Shown here piece after piece: positions 1 through 8,993 of a stretch of DNA of 49,257 nt. The notes under the pieces are model-generated. The model did no database searches and was not told where the DNA came from. It was given only the letters and a program-made list of their open reading frames with translations. Made by a program: the position numbers and the translations under genes. Numbering within the stretch: position 1 is the first letter of the stretch; each line of letters begins with the position of its first letter. This DNA comes from Ferruginibacter sp. GTDB taxonomy: Bacteria > Bacteroidota > Bacteroidia > Chitinophagales > Chitinophagaceae. The stretch is from the NCBI GenBank assembly GCA_031385805.1, contig JANNBU010000375.1, positions 1 through 49,257 of the forward strand, read 5' to 3'.

Positions 1-72
1 GGCTTTACGTTCTATGCGTTTATCTCCAAAAGACCCTGTAAAGTCTGGAAATGAGTTTATTAATTCTACCAT
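1..72 (-). CDS. Partial IS4-family transposase N-terminus
   Basis: Manual translation MVELINSFPDFTGSFGDKRIERKA; FGDKRI resembles the GDxRL motif of Tn5-type transposase N-termini; runs off the window. Confidence 0.55.
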   Translation of the reverse strand, partial: MVELINSFPDFTGSFGDKRIERKA

Positions 73-123
73 ATGTCAAAGATCTATATTATTCCTTTCT
101 CAAAAAATGTGTCCACACAGTAG
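1..123 (-). mobile_element. End of an IS4-family (IS50/Tn5-like) insertion sequence, truncated by the window start
   Basis: Minus strand from 123 reads CTACTGTGTGGACACATTTT, resembling IS50-group terminal repeats. An ORF starting 51 nt inside has a transposase-like N-terminus. Confidence 0.6.
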
Positions 124-266
124 TCCCAAAGAGAGGGAGGATGATTTGATTACATTGTTAAATCAATACAATCAATGTTATTTCTAATACTATTCAAAAA
201 GGACATTAAATATACTTACTAAATGCCATTTGGAAAAGATTGAGTTTTTTTAATATCTCAGTTTGA

Positions 267-323
267 TTTGTCATGCTGAGGAACGAAGCATGTCAGGGAT
301 TCTTCCTTCGTCAGAATGACAAA
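267..323. repeat. Palindromic REP/RPE-like element (GTCATNNNGAGGAACGAAG family)
   Basis: TTTGTCATGCTGAGGAACGAAG...CTTCCTTCGTCAGAATGACAAA imperfect hairpin; related to 44336-44400. Confidence 0.75.
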
Positions 324-331
324 ATATTGTA

Positions 332-955
332 TTATGGTTTCTTTTGAAAAAGAAAAGATATCAATCTTGGAGTAGTTGACCTGCTATCATCATCAAACCA
401 TTCTTTTAGGCTGATACATTGAAATCCGTTTTTCATTGCTGCGGTAAAAAAATCTGAAATATGATGAATAAAATATTCCAGTTGTATCAATTCATTGCCT
501 TGTTCAAATTTTGCACGGCTGCCTTCTAATTGTTTATATGGATGTAATTCACATATATAAAAACATCCGTTGTCATCCAAAGTTTTAGCAGCCTGTTCAA
601 AAATAAAATAAATATTTTCAATATGCTCCAGCACAAGACTGCAAATGATGAGTGAAGTTTTTTCGAAATCCCAGGGCAAGGTAAGATCACACTGTTTAAA
701 TTTTACATGCTCATCTTTTATTTTTTGGCGTGCAAGATTTAGCATGCCGTCAGAAAAATCAACAGCCGTGAGATGCTGTGTTCTTTTGGATATCCACTTG
801 GTATTTTTACCTGTTCCGCAACCGATCTCAAGTACTTTGCTAAAATCTGCTGTTGAAAGTATTTCCTGCCCGGCAACCATTTCAAGATCCCTTGTTTTAT
901 TTGCCACAGAATCATAGGTTGCTGCCCATTGATCGTATGCCGCTTGTGTATCCAT
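332..955 (-). CDS. Class I SAM-dependent methyltransferase
   Basis: VLEIGCGTG motif I, AVDFS motif II, SLVLEH. Confidence 0.9.
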   Translation of the reverse strand: MDTQAAYDQWAATYDSVANKTRDLEMVAGQEILSTADFSKVLEIGCGTGKNTKWISKRTQHLTAVDFSDGMLNLARQKIKDEHVKFKQCDLTLPWDFEKTSLIICSLVLEHIENIYFIFEQAAKTLDDNGCFYICELHPYKQLEGSRAKFEQGNELIQLEYFIHHISDFFTAAMKNGFQCISLKEWFDDDSRSTTPRLISFLFQKKP

Positions 956-1005
956 GATGACTGAATTAGAAATTCTATGAAAAAAATTTTATATTACACT
1001 ATTAT

Positions 1006-1347
1006 ATGTTTAAAACAACTGCCGCCATATTACTGATCACATTATTCATGCTTACACAGTATGGCAGGCAACTTGCTTATTTACAATGCAAGGTTGAAAA
1101 TTTTTCCGTAAAAACAAGCACTGCCACTTGTGATTGTGAAAAAGACCAAGGCTATGACTTTGGGAAAGATAACAATCAGCTTCCTCCACAAAAAGCACAT
1201 GTTCATATTTCTTTGGATGAATATTATGTGCTGAATGAAAACAATTTTCATTTAATTACAAAAGATCAACCAATAAGATTCCCCAAACAACCCGTTTCAT
1301 TCTTATCTTCTTTCAACGGGAATATTTTCCATCCGCCGCAATCGTAA
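1006..1347 (+). CDS. Small hypothetical protein with N-terminal hydrophobic segment, CxC and C-terminal FHPP
   Basis: 113-aa ORF; hydrophobic N-terminus, CDC, ends IFHPPQS. Confidence 0.7.
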   Translation: MFKTTAAILLITLFMLTQYGRQLAYLQCKVENFSVKTSTATCDCEKDQGYDFGKDNNQLPPQKAHVHISLDEYYVLNENNFHLITKDQPIRFPKQPVSFLSSFNGNIFHPPQS

Positions 1348-1479
1348 TATTTTTTTTGAATGAGCAATGAGTTCATCATTGCCATGCCTGCATGCATATG
1401 CAAATAGCCGCCGACCAACGGAGGTTATTGATGCGTAATGTCATGTACTATTCATATTACTAATCACAAATAATGAAAA

Positions 1480-2382
1480 ATGAAAAAAATATTATCAGTT
1501 GCTATAGCAACTATCGTATTACTATATGCCTGTTCACCAAAAATTTCCAATAACGGGCCGGTAAATAAAATATCTGTTGACAATGGCGGCAAACCGATGT
1601 TACTCGGAACCTGCACCCAATCTGCACTTAAAAAAGACCCTTTCAAAGAATGGTACAATAAGAATTATGAAGGATATAAAGTGAATGATACAATTACTGA
1701 AATGATCAAACCGTTGACGAATGGAAAATCATTCCTGTTATTCATGGGAACCTGGTGCGGCGATAGTAAAAGGGAAATTCCCCGTATGTATAAGATCATG
1801 AAAGCTTGCGGGGTTAAAAGATCACAAATAAAATTAGTGATGGTCGACAATCATGACAGCACTTACAAGCAAAGTCCCGGCCATGAAGAAATGGGATTAA
1901 ATATTCACCGTGTACCCACTTTTATTGTTTATGAAAGCAACAAAGAACTGGGTCGCATTGTAGAATCGCCGGTTGTTTCACTTGAAAAAGACCTGTTTGC
2001 AATATTGAATGGGGATCATTATAAACCCCATTATAAAGGAGTTGTTTATATGGATTCATTGTTTAAAAACAAAGAAACAAATGAAATTGAGACAAAACTT
2101 TCCGAAACAGCTGAATTAATAAAACCAATTTTAAAAAATGCTGCAGAATTAAATACTTATGGTTATGTATTGATGGCGAGGAAAGAGATGGATAAAGCGC
2201 TGGTAGTATTTAAACTTAATATTTTGCTACATCCCAAAAATGCAAATTTGTATAACAGCATGGGAGAATACTATTTTAATACCGGGGATAAAGAATCGGC
2301 AAAAGAAAATTACAGGAAGGTGTTGGAACTGGATGTGAAGAATGAGAATGCGAAGAAGATGCTTGAGAAGATGGGAGGTTAA
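1480..2382 (+). CDS. Lipoprotein with thioredoxin-like (CxxS) domain and C-terminal TPR
   Basis: Lipobox LYAC; MGTWCGDS; RVPTFI cis-Pro motif; TPR-like NLYNSMGEYY...A..NY.KVLELD. Confidence 0.8.
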   Translation: MKKILSVAIATIVLLYACSPKISNNGPVNKISVDNGGKPMLLGTCTQSALKKDPFKEWYNKNYEGYKVNDTITEMIKPLTNGKSFLLFMGTWCGDSKREIPRMYKIMKACGVKRSQIKLVMVDNHDSTYKQSPGHEEMGLNIHRVPTFIVYESNKELGRIVESPVVSLEKDLFAILNGDHYKPHYKGVVYMDSLFKNKETNEIETKLSETAELIKPILKNAAELNTYGYVLMARKEMDKALVVFKLNILLHPKNANLYNSMGEYYFNTGDKESAKENYRKVLELDVKNENAKKMLEKMGG

Positions 2383-2387
2383 ATACA

Positions 2388-2464
2388 GTTTAGAGGTTTA
2401 GGGTTTAGAGGTTTAGAAATTATGTTAGGCGTGCGCCTAAACTCTAAACTTCTAAACCCTAAAC
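2388..2464. repeat. Inverted short-tandem-repeat element (GTTTAG units / CTAAAC units)
   Basis: Four GTTTAG(AG/G) units, central TTAGGCG-TG-CGCCTAA hairpin, four CTAAAC units. Confidence 0.85.
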
Positions 2465-3660
2465 TATTTCTTTATCGCTGCGATACCCGGTAATTCCTTC
2501 CCTTCAAAATATTCTAATAATGCACCACCGCCGGTAGATACATAACTTACCTGGTCGCTCAAACCGAATTTATTTACTGCGGCAACACTATCACCGCCGC
2601 CAACCAGGCTAAAAGTGCCATTTTTTGTAGCATCAGCAACAGCATGTGCGATCGTTTTTGTTCCGTGTTGAAATTTTTCCATTTCAAAAACACCCATGGG
2701 GCCGTTCCATAAAATCGTTTTGGAATGAAGGATCACTTTGGTAAAAGTTTCGCAGGCCATTTGCCCGATATCCAGTCCCATCCATCCATCGGGAATATTA
2801 TTGCTCAATGCACCGGAAACATTTGCATTGGCATCGAATTTATCTGCTATGATAGAATCTGCCGGGAGGTGAATGCAAACGCCTTTTTCTTCCGCTTTTT
2901 TTAATAATTCATTGGCAACATCTAATTTTTCCATTTCACACAAAGAATTACCAACGTGTCCACCCTGTGCTTTGTAAAAAGTATAAGCCATACCGCCACC
3001 GATGATAATATCGGTTGCCCTGTCTAACAGGTTTTCTATGATCAGTATCTTATCAGAAACTTTTGCACCACCAATAATGGCAAGAAATGGTTTTTCGTTG
3101 TTATGCAAAACTTTTTCGGCACTTTCTACTTCTCTTTCCATGAGCAAGCCGAACATTTTTTTATCAGCATCAAAAAAATCTGCGATCACTGCCGTAGAAG
3201 CATGTGCCCTGTGAGCCGTACCAAATGCATCGTTCACATAAACATCTCCCAGTTTGCTTAATTTTTCTGCAAATGCCTTATCGCCCTTTTCTTCTTCTTT
3301 GTAAAAACGTAAATTTTCGAGCAACAATACTTCACCAGCTTTAAGCATGTTCGATGTAAGCTTTGCCTGTTCGCCAATGCAATCATTGGCAAAGAAAACT
3401 TTGGTATTGCCACCAAGTAATTCGTGTAAATGTTTCACTAAGTGTTTCAATGAATATTTTTCCACCGGTCCATCTTTCGGGCGGCCCAGATGACTCATTA
3501 AAATTACAGAACCACCATCTGCCAATATTTTTTTGATGGTAGGAATGGTAGCGGTCATGCGGCTGTCATCGGTGATATTAAAATGCTCATCTAACGGAAC
3601 ATTGAAATCTACACGTACCAATGCTTTTTGGCTTTTGAAATTGTAGTTGTAAAAATTCAT
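2464..3660 (-). CDS. pgk: Phosphoglycerate kinase
   Basis: [48 protein letters not shown]. Confidence 0.98.
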   Translation of the reverse strand: MNFYNYNFKSQKALVRVDFNVPLDEHFNITDDSRMTATIPTIKKILADGGSVILMSHLGRPKDGPVEKYSLKHLVKHLHELLGGNTKVFFANDCIGEQAKLTSNMLKAGEVLLLENLRFYKEEEKGDKAFAEKLSKLGDVYVNDAFGTAHRAHASTAVIADFFDADKKMFGLLMEREVESAEKVLHNNEKPFLAIIGGAKVSDKILIIENLLDRATDIIIGGGMAYTFYKAQGGHVGNSLCEMEKLDVANELLKKAEEKGVCIHLPADSIIADKFDANANVSGALSNNIPDGWMGLDIGQMACETFTKVILHSKTILWNGPMGVFEMEKFQHGTKTIAHAVADATKNGTFSLVGGGDSVAAVNKFGLSDQVSYVSTGGGALLEYFEGKELPGIAAIKK

Positions 3661-3668
3661 ACCCCTGC

Positions 3669-3684
3669 CTCCGCCGCGGCGGAG
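3669..3684. repeat. Perfect 16-bp GC palindrome just upstream of pgk
   Basis: CTCCGCCGCGGCGGAG is its own reverse complement; 8 nt from the pgk ATG. Confidence 0.8.
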
Positions 3685-3765
3685 AACCTAGTTTTAAAGT
3701 TTATAAAATATACAAACTTTCTTTATCAGAAAGCCTGTATTTATTTGTTGGATAAAGAACTAATA

Positions 3766-3812
3766 GTACAAGTGAGTGATCCTTCGTTCCTCAGGATAAA
3801 CTCCACGATGCT
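3766..3812 (+). repeat. Dispersed 47-bp repeat, copy 1
   Basis: 39/47 identical (manual alignment) to the reverse complement of 21401-21447. Confidence 0.8.
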
Positions 3813-3835
3813 GAATAATGATCTGCTGCTTGCTA

Positions 3836-3966
3836 AAACCTAACCCCAACCGCTCTCCAAAGGAGAGGGAAGTAGAATTGGGTTTAAAATTTTTGTTACG
3901 CCGCAACAATCTTCGCATCTATCTCCTCCTCTTCCCTCCCCTTCGGGGAGGATAGGTGGGGCTTTT
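3836..3966. repeat. Inverted pair of CCCCTCTCC/GGAGAGGG-family REP elements
   Basis: CCTAACCCCAACCGCTCTCCAAAGGAGAGGG and CCCTCCCCTTCGGGGAGGATAGGTGGGGCT in opposite orientation between gap and pgk. Confidence 0.8.
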
Positions 3967-3993
3967 TAGGGTGCGAAGGGGGTTGTTGGTTTC

Positions 3994-5004
3994 TTATTTA
4001 ATTAGTCCCGCAAAATGATGCACCGTCCTTACTAACTGTGATACATAACTCATTTCATTATCATACCAGCTAACGGTTTTCACCATTTGCTTATCGCCCA
4101 TGGTCATTACTTTTGTTTGTGTTGCATCAAATAAAGATCCGAAAGTGATACCGATCACGTCGCTGCTTACAATTTCATCTTCATTATAACCAAAACTTTC
4201 ATTGCTGGCTGCTTTCATAGCTGCATTGATGGCTTCTACAGTAGCAGGTTTTTCCAGGATGCTGTATAATTCTGTTACAGAACCTGTGATCACAGGGATC
4301 CTTTGTGCACCACCATCTAATTTACCTTTTAATTCGGGTAATACCAGTCCGATCGCTTTTGCAGCGCCTGTACTGTTGGGTACAATATTGGCTGCTGCTG
4401 CCCTTGCACGGCGAAGATCGCCTTTAGGATGCGGAGCGTCCAATGTATTCTGGTCATTTGTATAAGCATGAATGGTGCTCATGATACCTGTAAGGATACC
4501 AAAATTATCATTCAGTGCTTTTGCCATTGGTGCCAGGCAATTGGTGGTACAGCTTGCACAACTGATGATGGTTTCGCTACCGTCCAATATATTGTGGTTA
4601 ACATTAAATACAACTGTTTTCATTTCGCCGGTAGCCGGTGCAGAGATCACTACTTTTTTTGCACCTGCTTTTATGTGTGCTTCTGCTTTGTCTTTATCGG
4701 TAAAGAACCCGGTGCTTTCAATCACAACATCCACATTGTGTGCTCCCCAGGGAATTTGTGCAGGATCTTTCTGAGCATATATTTTTATTTCATGTCCGTT
4801 TACCACGATGGCGTTTTCAGTAGAAGTCACATTTTGACCAAATCTGCCCTGAGCGCTGTCATACTTTAATAAATGAGCCAATACTGCCGGGCTTGTGAGG
4901 TCATTGATAGCCACTACATCTATGCCTTTCATATCGTGTATCTGGCGAAATACTAAGCGACCGATACGGCCAAATCCATTGATTGCAACTTTTACTGTAC
5001 TCAT
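3994..5004 (-). CDS. gap: Glyceraldehyde-3-phosphate dehydrogenase, type I
   Basis: [22 protein letters not shown]; start reassigned to ATG at 5004. Confidence 0.98.
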   Translation of the reverse strand: MSTVKVAINGFGRIGRLVFRQIHDMKGIDVVAINDLTSPAVLAHLLKYDSAQGRFGQNVTSTENAIVVNGHEIKIYAQKDPAQIPWGAHNVDVVIESTGFFTDKDKAEAHIKAGAKKVVISAPATGEMKTVVFNVNHNILDGSETIISCASCTTNCLAPMAKALNDNFGILTGIMSTIHAYTNDQNTLDAPHPKGDLRRARAAAANIVPNSTGAAKAIGLVLPELKGKLDGGAQRIPVITGSVTELYSILEKPATVEAINAAMKAASNESFGYNEDEIVSSDVIGITFGSLFDATQTKVMTMGDKQMVKTVSWYDNEMSYVSQLVRTVHHFAGLIK

Positions 5005-5040
5005 AACTAAAATTTGAAATGGTGATTTTATTATTTGCGG

Positions 5041-5048
5041 CAAAAATA
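5041..5048 (-). promoter_or_regulatory. Bacteroidota -7 promoter box for gap-pgk
   Basis: Minus strand TATTTTTG matches TAnnTTTG, 36 nt upstream of the ATG. Confidence 0.6.
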
Positions 5049-5215
5049 AAGTATGTGGGGAAATTAGCGGACAAAAACCTGAATTAAATTAAAATAACCG
5101 CCAAGGGAGTATTTATTGGTTATTGATTACAAAATAAAAGTAACCTGGATTTGAGGATTTAGCAAATATAATTACCTTTAATATCAATCAGTTTTGATAA
5201 CTAATCCCTAATGAA

Positions 5216-5800
5216 ATGTTTAATAAACTAACACGACAGCTTTTTTTCATTTTGATGCTGGCTGGAATATTTTTTACAGCTTGTTCAAAAACTACAGTTG
5301 AACAAACTGCAACATTGCAGATAACAGTAAAACATATAGCAGGAGGTGTCATTTCGGGAGCCACTGTAAACCTCTATAAATACGAACTGCCACCCAGCCA
5401 CCAGATCTTGGCAACTCAAATAACCGGTACAAATGGCATCGTAACATTTAACAATCTTTCACCGATTGCATATGGTTGGGATGCAGAAAAAGGTTGCCAG
5501 AAGGGGCAATACGGAACATGGTTGGGACCGCTTAATATAGGCATACTTAATAAAGGGGTTATATTAGTAATTGAAACCGGTACCTTAAAACTAATTAATA
5601 ATTCTTCCGAAACATACCTGGTAAATGGCTTCCAGGCAACTAATGCGCTAAACTTACTTTCTAATACTACCTATTTTACCAATCTCAATGCTGGACCTTA
5701 CACTATACATGGAGAACCAATCTCAACCCCGGGAATTGGAAGGGACACATTAATAAATATTGTATGTAGCGATACTGCTACAATAACTTATCCATATTAA
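5216..5800 (+). CDS. Hypothetical lipoprotein, beta-rich
   Basis: Lipobox FTAC; LQITV...GATVNLY...TGTNGIVTF resembles a prealbumin/carboxypeptidase-regulatory-like fold. Confidence 0.7.
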   Translation: MFNKLTRQLFFILMLAGIFFTACSKTTVEQTATLQITVKHIAGGVISGATVNLYKYELPPSHQILATQITGTNGIVTFNNLSPIAYGWDAEKGCQKGQYGTWLGPLNIGILNKGVILVIETGTLKLINNSSETYLVNGFQATNALNLLSNTTYFTNLNAGPYTIHGEPISTPGIGRDTLINIVCSDTATITYPY

Positions 5801-5801
5801 A

Positions 5802-5896
5802 AAAGCCTCTCAATAATTGAGAGGCTTTGTAGCACGTACGGGAATCCCTGCCTGCCTGACTGCGTCAAGCAGGCAGGGAACCTGTGATCCCTCCGT
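5802..5896 (-). repeat. Duplicate of the tRNA-Glu 3' half plus terminator (att-like), interrupted by a 31-nt palindrome
   Basis: 5816-5846 identical to 6163-6193 (31 nt); 5878-5896 matches 6194-6212 at 17/19; insert at 5847-5877. Confidence 0.9.
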
Positions 5897-6140
5897 TTTG
5901 ATCATCAAAATATTTTTTTAACCAGTTTTTTCCAGCTGTAGATTTAAGATACTTTTCTCTTACTCTTGCTGATGACCAGTCAGGATGATCTTCGGTATAA
6001 ATTATTTTCCAGGGAATATGTGCTTTTGTATAACGGTTTTTACCATTATTATGCTCTTTTAATCTTGCAATAGGATTTAATGCCATCCCCACATAGCTGG
6101 CCTTATCCTTTTCGCTCAGTAATATATAGACAGTAACCAT
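5865..6140 (-). CDS. Small GIY-YIG nuclease family protein
   Basis: VYILLS...SYVG...RLKEHN.GK..YTK..PW.IIYTE...ARVREKYLKS; start at ATG 6140. Confidence 0.88.
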   Translation of the reverse strand: MVTVYILLSEKDKASYVGMALNPIARLKEHNNGKNRYTKAHIPWKIIYTEDHPDWSSARVREKYLKSTAGKNWLKKYFDDQNGGITGSLPA

Positions 6141-6147
6141 TGTAAAT

Positions 6148-6175
6148 AAAAAACCTCTCAACATTGAGAGGCTTT
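6148..6175 (-). terminator. Intrinsic terminator after tRNA-Glu
   Basis: AAAGCCTCTCAA-TG-TTGAGAGG followed by a T-tract on the minus strand. Confidence 0.7.
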
Positions 6176-6176
6176 G

Positions 6177-6248
6177 TAGCACGTACGGGAATCGAACCCG
6201 TGATTCCTCCGTGAAAGGGAGGCGTCTTAACCCCTTGACCAACGCGCC
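6177..6248 (-). tRNA. tRNA-Glu (TTC)
   Basis: GGCGCGTTGGTCAAGGGGTTAAGACG-CCTCC-CTTTCAC-GGAGG-AATCACGGGTTCGATTCCCGTACGTGCTA cloverleaf; no encoded CCA. Confidence 0.97.
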
Positions 6249-6267
6249 GTTTGTTTTTAAGGGACGG

Positions 6268-6299
6268 CAAAGATAACACGATGCAGTTTTGTAGCCAAA
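6268..6299 (-). promoter_or_regulatory. Bacteroidota promoter for tRNA-Glu
   Basis: TTTG (-33) and TATCTTTG (-7) separated by 20 nt on the minus strand. Confidence 0.75.
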
Positions 6300-6412
6300 A
6301 TTTTTTAAAAAAGATGACTTATATGCCTGGTAATGGCAACAGTTGCGAATTCCGGCAGTATCTCACCCCATTTTATCCCTCAATTTCGTAGTTTGTGTGC
6401 CTATCAAATTAA

Positions 6413-7315
6413 ATGATCATGGCATTTCAATGGCAGGGTATCTTTCCGGCGCTTACCAGCAAGTTTACCAATGATGACAAACTGGACCTTCCTTTGTTTG
6501 AAAAAAACCTGCAGGCTCAGCTATCTGCCGCTGTGAATGGAATAATATTGGGCGGTACATTGGGAGAATCAAGTGTATTAACCATCGAAGAAAAAGAAAC
6601 CATTTTAAAATTTGCCGTAGAGAAAGTAAATGGAAAAATTCCTGTTATATTAAATATTGCGGAAGGGTCAACCAAAGAAGCGGTCATACAGGCAGGAAAT
6701 GCAAAAAAATGGGGGGCGGCAGGTTTAATGTTATTGCCACCCATGCGATACAAACCAGATCACCGGGAAGCCGTAAATTGGTTTAAAACAATTGCAAACA
6801 ATACTGATCTTCCCATCATGATCTATAATAACCCGGTAGATTATAAGACCGAAATAACATTAGATATGTTTGAAGAGATCATCGAATGTAAAAATATACA
6901 GGCTGTAAAAGAATCTACCCGTGATACAACTAACGTAACGAGAATGATCAATCGCTTTGGTGACAGGATAAAAATTTTATGTGGTGTTGACACCCTTGCT
7001 TACGAAGAACTTTGTTTGGGGGCTGATGGCTGGGTGGCAGGATTGGTTTGTGCATTTCCAAAAGAAACCGTTGCCATTTACAATTTAGTAAAAGCAAATA
7101 AGCTTGAAGATGCATTAAAGATCTATCGCTGGTTCATGCCTTTATTGGAATTGGATATTCATCCCAAATTGGTTCAGTATATAAAATTAGCAGAAACACA
7201 GGCTGGTATCGGTTCTGAATTTGTGAGGCCACCGAGGATGATATTGGAAGGAGAGGAAAGGGAAGCTATTTTGAAAATTATTGATGAGGGGATAGCAAAG
7301 AGGCCGGTGGTTTAA
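6413..7315 (+). CDS. DHDPS-family protein, probable 1-pyrroline-4-hydroxy-2-carboxylate deaminase
   Basis: GGTLGE, IYNNPVDY, AVKES; linked to KGSA dehydrogenase and near Hyp epimerase. Confidence 0.82.
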   Translation: MIMAFQWQGIFPALTSKFTNDDKLDLPLFEKNLQAQLSAAVNGIILGGTLGESSVLTIEEKETILKFAVEKVNGKIPVILNIAEGSTKEAVIQAGNAKKWGAAGLMLLPPMRYKPDHREAVNWFKTIANNTDLPIMIYNNPVDYKTEITLDMFEEIIECKNIQAVKESTRDTTNVTRMINRFGDRIKILCGVDTLAYEELCLGADGWVAGLVCAFPKETVAIYNLVKANKLEDALKIYRWFMPLLELDIHPKLVQYIKLAETQAGIGSEFVRPPRMILEGEEREAILKIIDEGIAKRPVV

Positions 7316-7396
7316 CGTTTAAAAGTTTAAAGGTTTAAGGGTTGATCCCTAATACTCAAAACAACATTAAACTTTTAAACCATTAGACCTTTAAAC
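7310..7396. repeat. Inverted short-tandem-repeat element (GTTTAA / TTAAAC units)
   Basis: GTTTAAC GTTTAAAA GTTTAAAG GTTTAAGG ... TTAAACTT TTAAACCA TTAGACCT TTAAAC. Confidence 0.85.
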
Positions 7397-7424
7397 GAAT
7401 AAAAAATCAAACTTAAATAAACTT

Positions 7425-8909
7425 ATGCTCCCCGATTCTACAAAAGACGAAATAGAAGTTGTGATGCAACAAGCCTGGCAAGCATTTCATATTTACAGGA
7501 AATTACCATTGAAACAACGTGCAGATCTTATGAGAAACATTGCAGCAGAAATGGAAAACCTCGGCGATGAACTTATCCAAACTGCCATGCAGGAAACCAA
7601 TTTGCCTGAAGCAAGATTAAGAGGAGAAAGAGCAAGAACAATATTTCAACTTATAAATTATGCAACATTATGTGAAAGCGGGCAATGGTTAGATGCAAGG
7701 ATCGATACTGCCATTCCAGATAAAACCCCACCCAAGCCGGATATCAGGAAAATGCTGATCCCGCTAGGGCCGGTAGTTGTTTTTGGCGCAAGTAATTTTC
7801 CATTCGCTTATTCAACTGCAGGTGGTGATACGGCCTGTGCTTTTGCAGCCGGCTGCCCGGTAATTGTAAAAGCGCATCCTGCACATGCAAAAACAAGTGA
7901 ACTGGTTGCAGGAGCAATCATGAAAGCAGCTTCCAACACAAATATGCCAAAAGGAATTTTTGCACATATTCATGGCGCTTCCACAGCAGTTGGCGAAGCA
8001 TTGGTAAAACATGCACACACAAAAGCTGTTGGATTTACAGGATCTTTTGCCGGTGGTAAACAATTATTCGATTGGGGAAATCAACGAAAAGAACCGATCC
8101 CTGTTTTTGCAGAAATGGGAAGTGTGAACCCGGTTTTTTTATTGCCTGAAAAAATGAGATCCGCTGCAGCTGAAATTGCAAAACAATATGCTGCTTCCAT
8201 TACATTGGGTGTTGGACAATTTTGTACCAACCCCGGTATCATTATTGGAATTGATGGTGATGACCTGCAAATCTTCATAAATACTTTATCAGCAGAAATA
8301 AAGAATATTGCAGCAGCGCCGATGTTGCATACTGGTATCTATAAAAATTATGTTGAGAAAAAAGCAATAGCATTATCGCAAACCAATGTAGAAATCCTGT
8401 CGGCGGTTGAAAACCCCGACAGCGGTTCGTTAGGAAGTGCTGCCCTTGCATCAACAACGGCACAAACTTTTTTAAACAATCCATTACTGCAACAGGAAGT
8501 CTTCGGCCCCTACTCCATCATCATTCGTTGCGCAGACATAAATGAAATGAAAAAGGTTGCCATGAATCTCGAAGGCCAGTTGACATCCACTTTAATGGCA
8601 ACCGAAAATGATGTTCTGAATAATGAAGAACTGGTTGAAGCCATAAAAAATATTTGCGGAAGGTTTATTCTAAACAGTGTGCCGACAGGTGTAGAGGTTT
8701 GTTTAAGCATGCAACACGGCGGGCCATTCCCTGCAAGTACCGACAGCAGGTTTACATCTGTTGGTGCAGATGGCATCAAACGTTTTGCCAGGCCAATCGC
8801 ATTTCAAAACTGGGCTGACAGTTTATTACCCGATGAATTAAAGAACAGCAACCCATTAAATATCTGGAGAACAGTGGATAATGAATTGACGAAGGACAAA
8901 CTGTTTTAA
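7425..8909 (+). CDS. NADP-dependent aldehyde dehydrogenase, alpha-ketoglutarate semialdehyde dehydrogenase type
   Basis: FGASNFPFAYSTAGGDTA, GFTGS, AEMGSVNP, GQFCTNPG, EVFGP, HGGPFPA. Confidence 0.9.
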   Translation: MLPDSTKDEIEVVMQQAWQAFHIYRKLPLKQRADLMRNIAAEMENLGDELIQTAMQETNLPEARLRGERARTIFQLINYATLCESGQWLDARIDTAIPDKTPPKPDIRKMLIPLGPVVVFGASNFPFAYSTAGGDTACAFAAGCPVIVKAHPAHAKTSELVAGAIMKAASNTNMPKGIFAHIHGASTAVGEALVKHAHTKAVGFTGSFAGGKQLFDWGNQRKEPIPVFAEMGSVNPVFLLPEKMRSAAAEIAKQYAASITLGVGQFCTNPGIIIGIDGDDLQIFINTLSAEIKNIAAAPMLHTGIYKNYVEKKAIALSQTNVEILSAVENPDSGSLGSAALASTTAQTFLNNPLLQQEVFGPYSIIIRCADINEMKKVAMNLEGQLTSTLMATENDVLNNEELVEAIKNICGRFILNSVPTGVEVCLSMQHGGPFPASTDSRFTSVGADGIKRFARPIAFQNWADSLLPDELKNSNPLNIWRTVDNELTKDKLF

Positions 8910-8993
8910 CCGACACAAATAAATTGATCGCCGCAAAAAAGGAGATTTGAAATATTGTTGAAATAGTTTTGTCTTCCTAATAAACCCGAACTG

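Noticed and set aside
2388-2464. Eukaryotic telomere contamination (TTTAGGG/CCCTAAA)
   Set aside because: Only isolated exact units inside an intergenic inverted array between bacterial genes; similar arrays with other motifs occur throughout the window
3628-3843. 71-aa ORF in the gap-pgk spacer
   Set aside because: Translates through repeat elements and overlaps pgk on the opposite strand
5830-5896. Second tRNA gene or intron-containing tRNA
   Set aside because: Only the 3' half is present; there is no D-arm, anticodon or 5' acceptor strand
6141-6242. N-terminal extension of the GIY-YIG ORF (125-aa call)
   Set aside because: It runs through the tRNA-Glu gene and terminator; ATG 6140 directly precedes the VYIL motif
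6413-7315. Calling this gene dapA
   Set aside because: GGTLGE/YNNP/KES motifs and linkage to KGSA dehydrogenase fit the Hyp-pathway deaminase better
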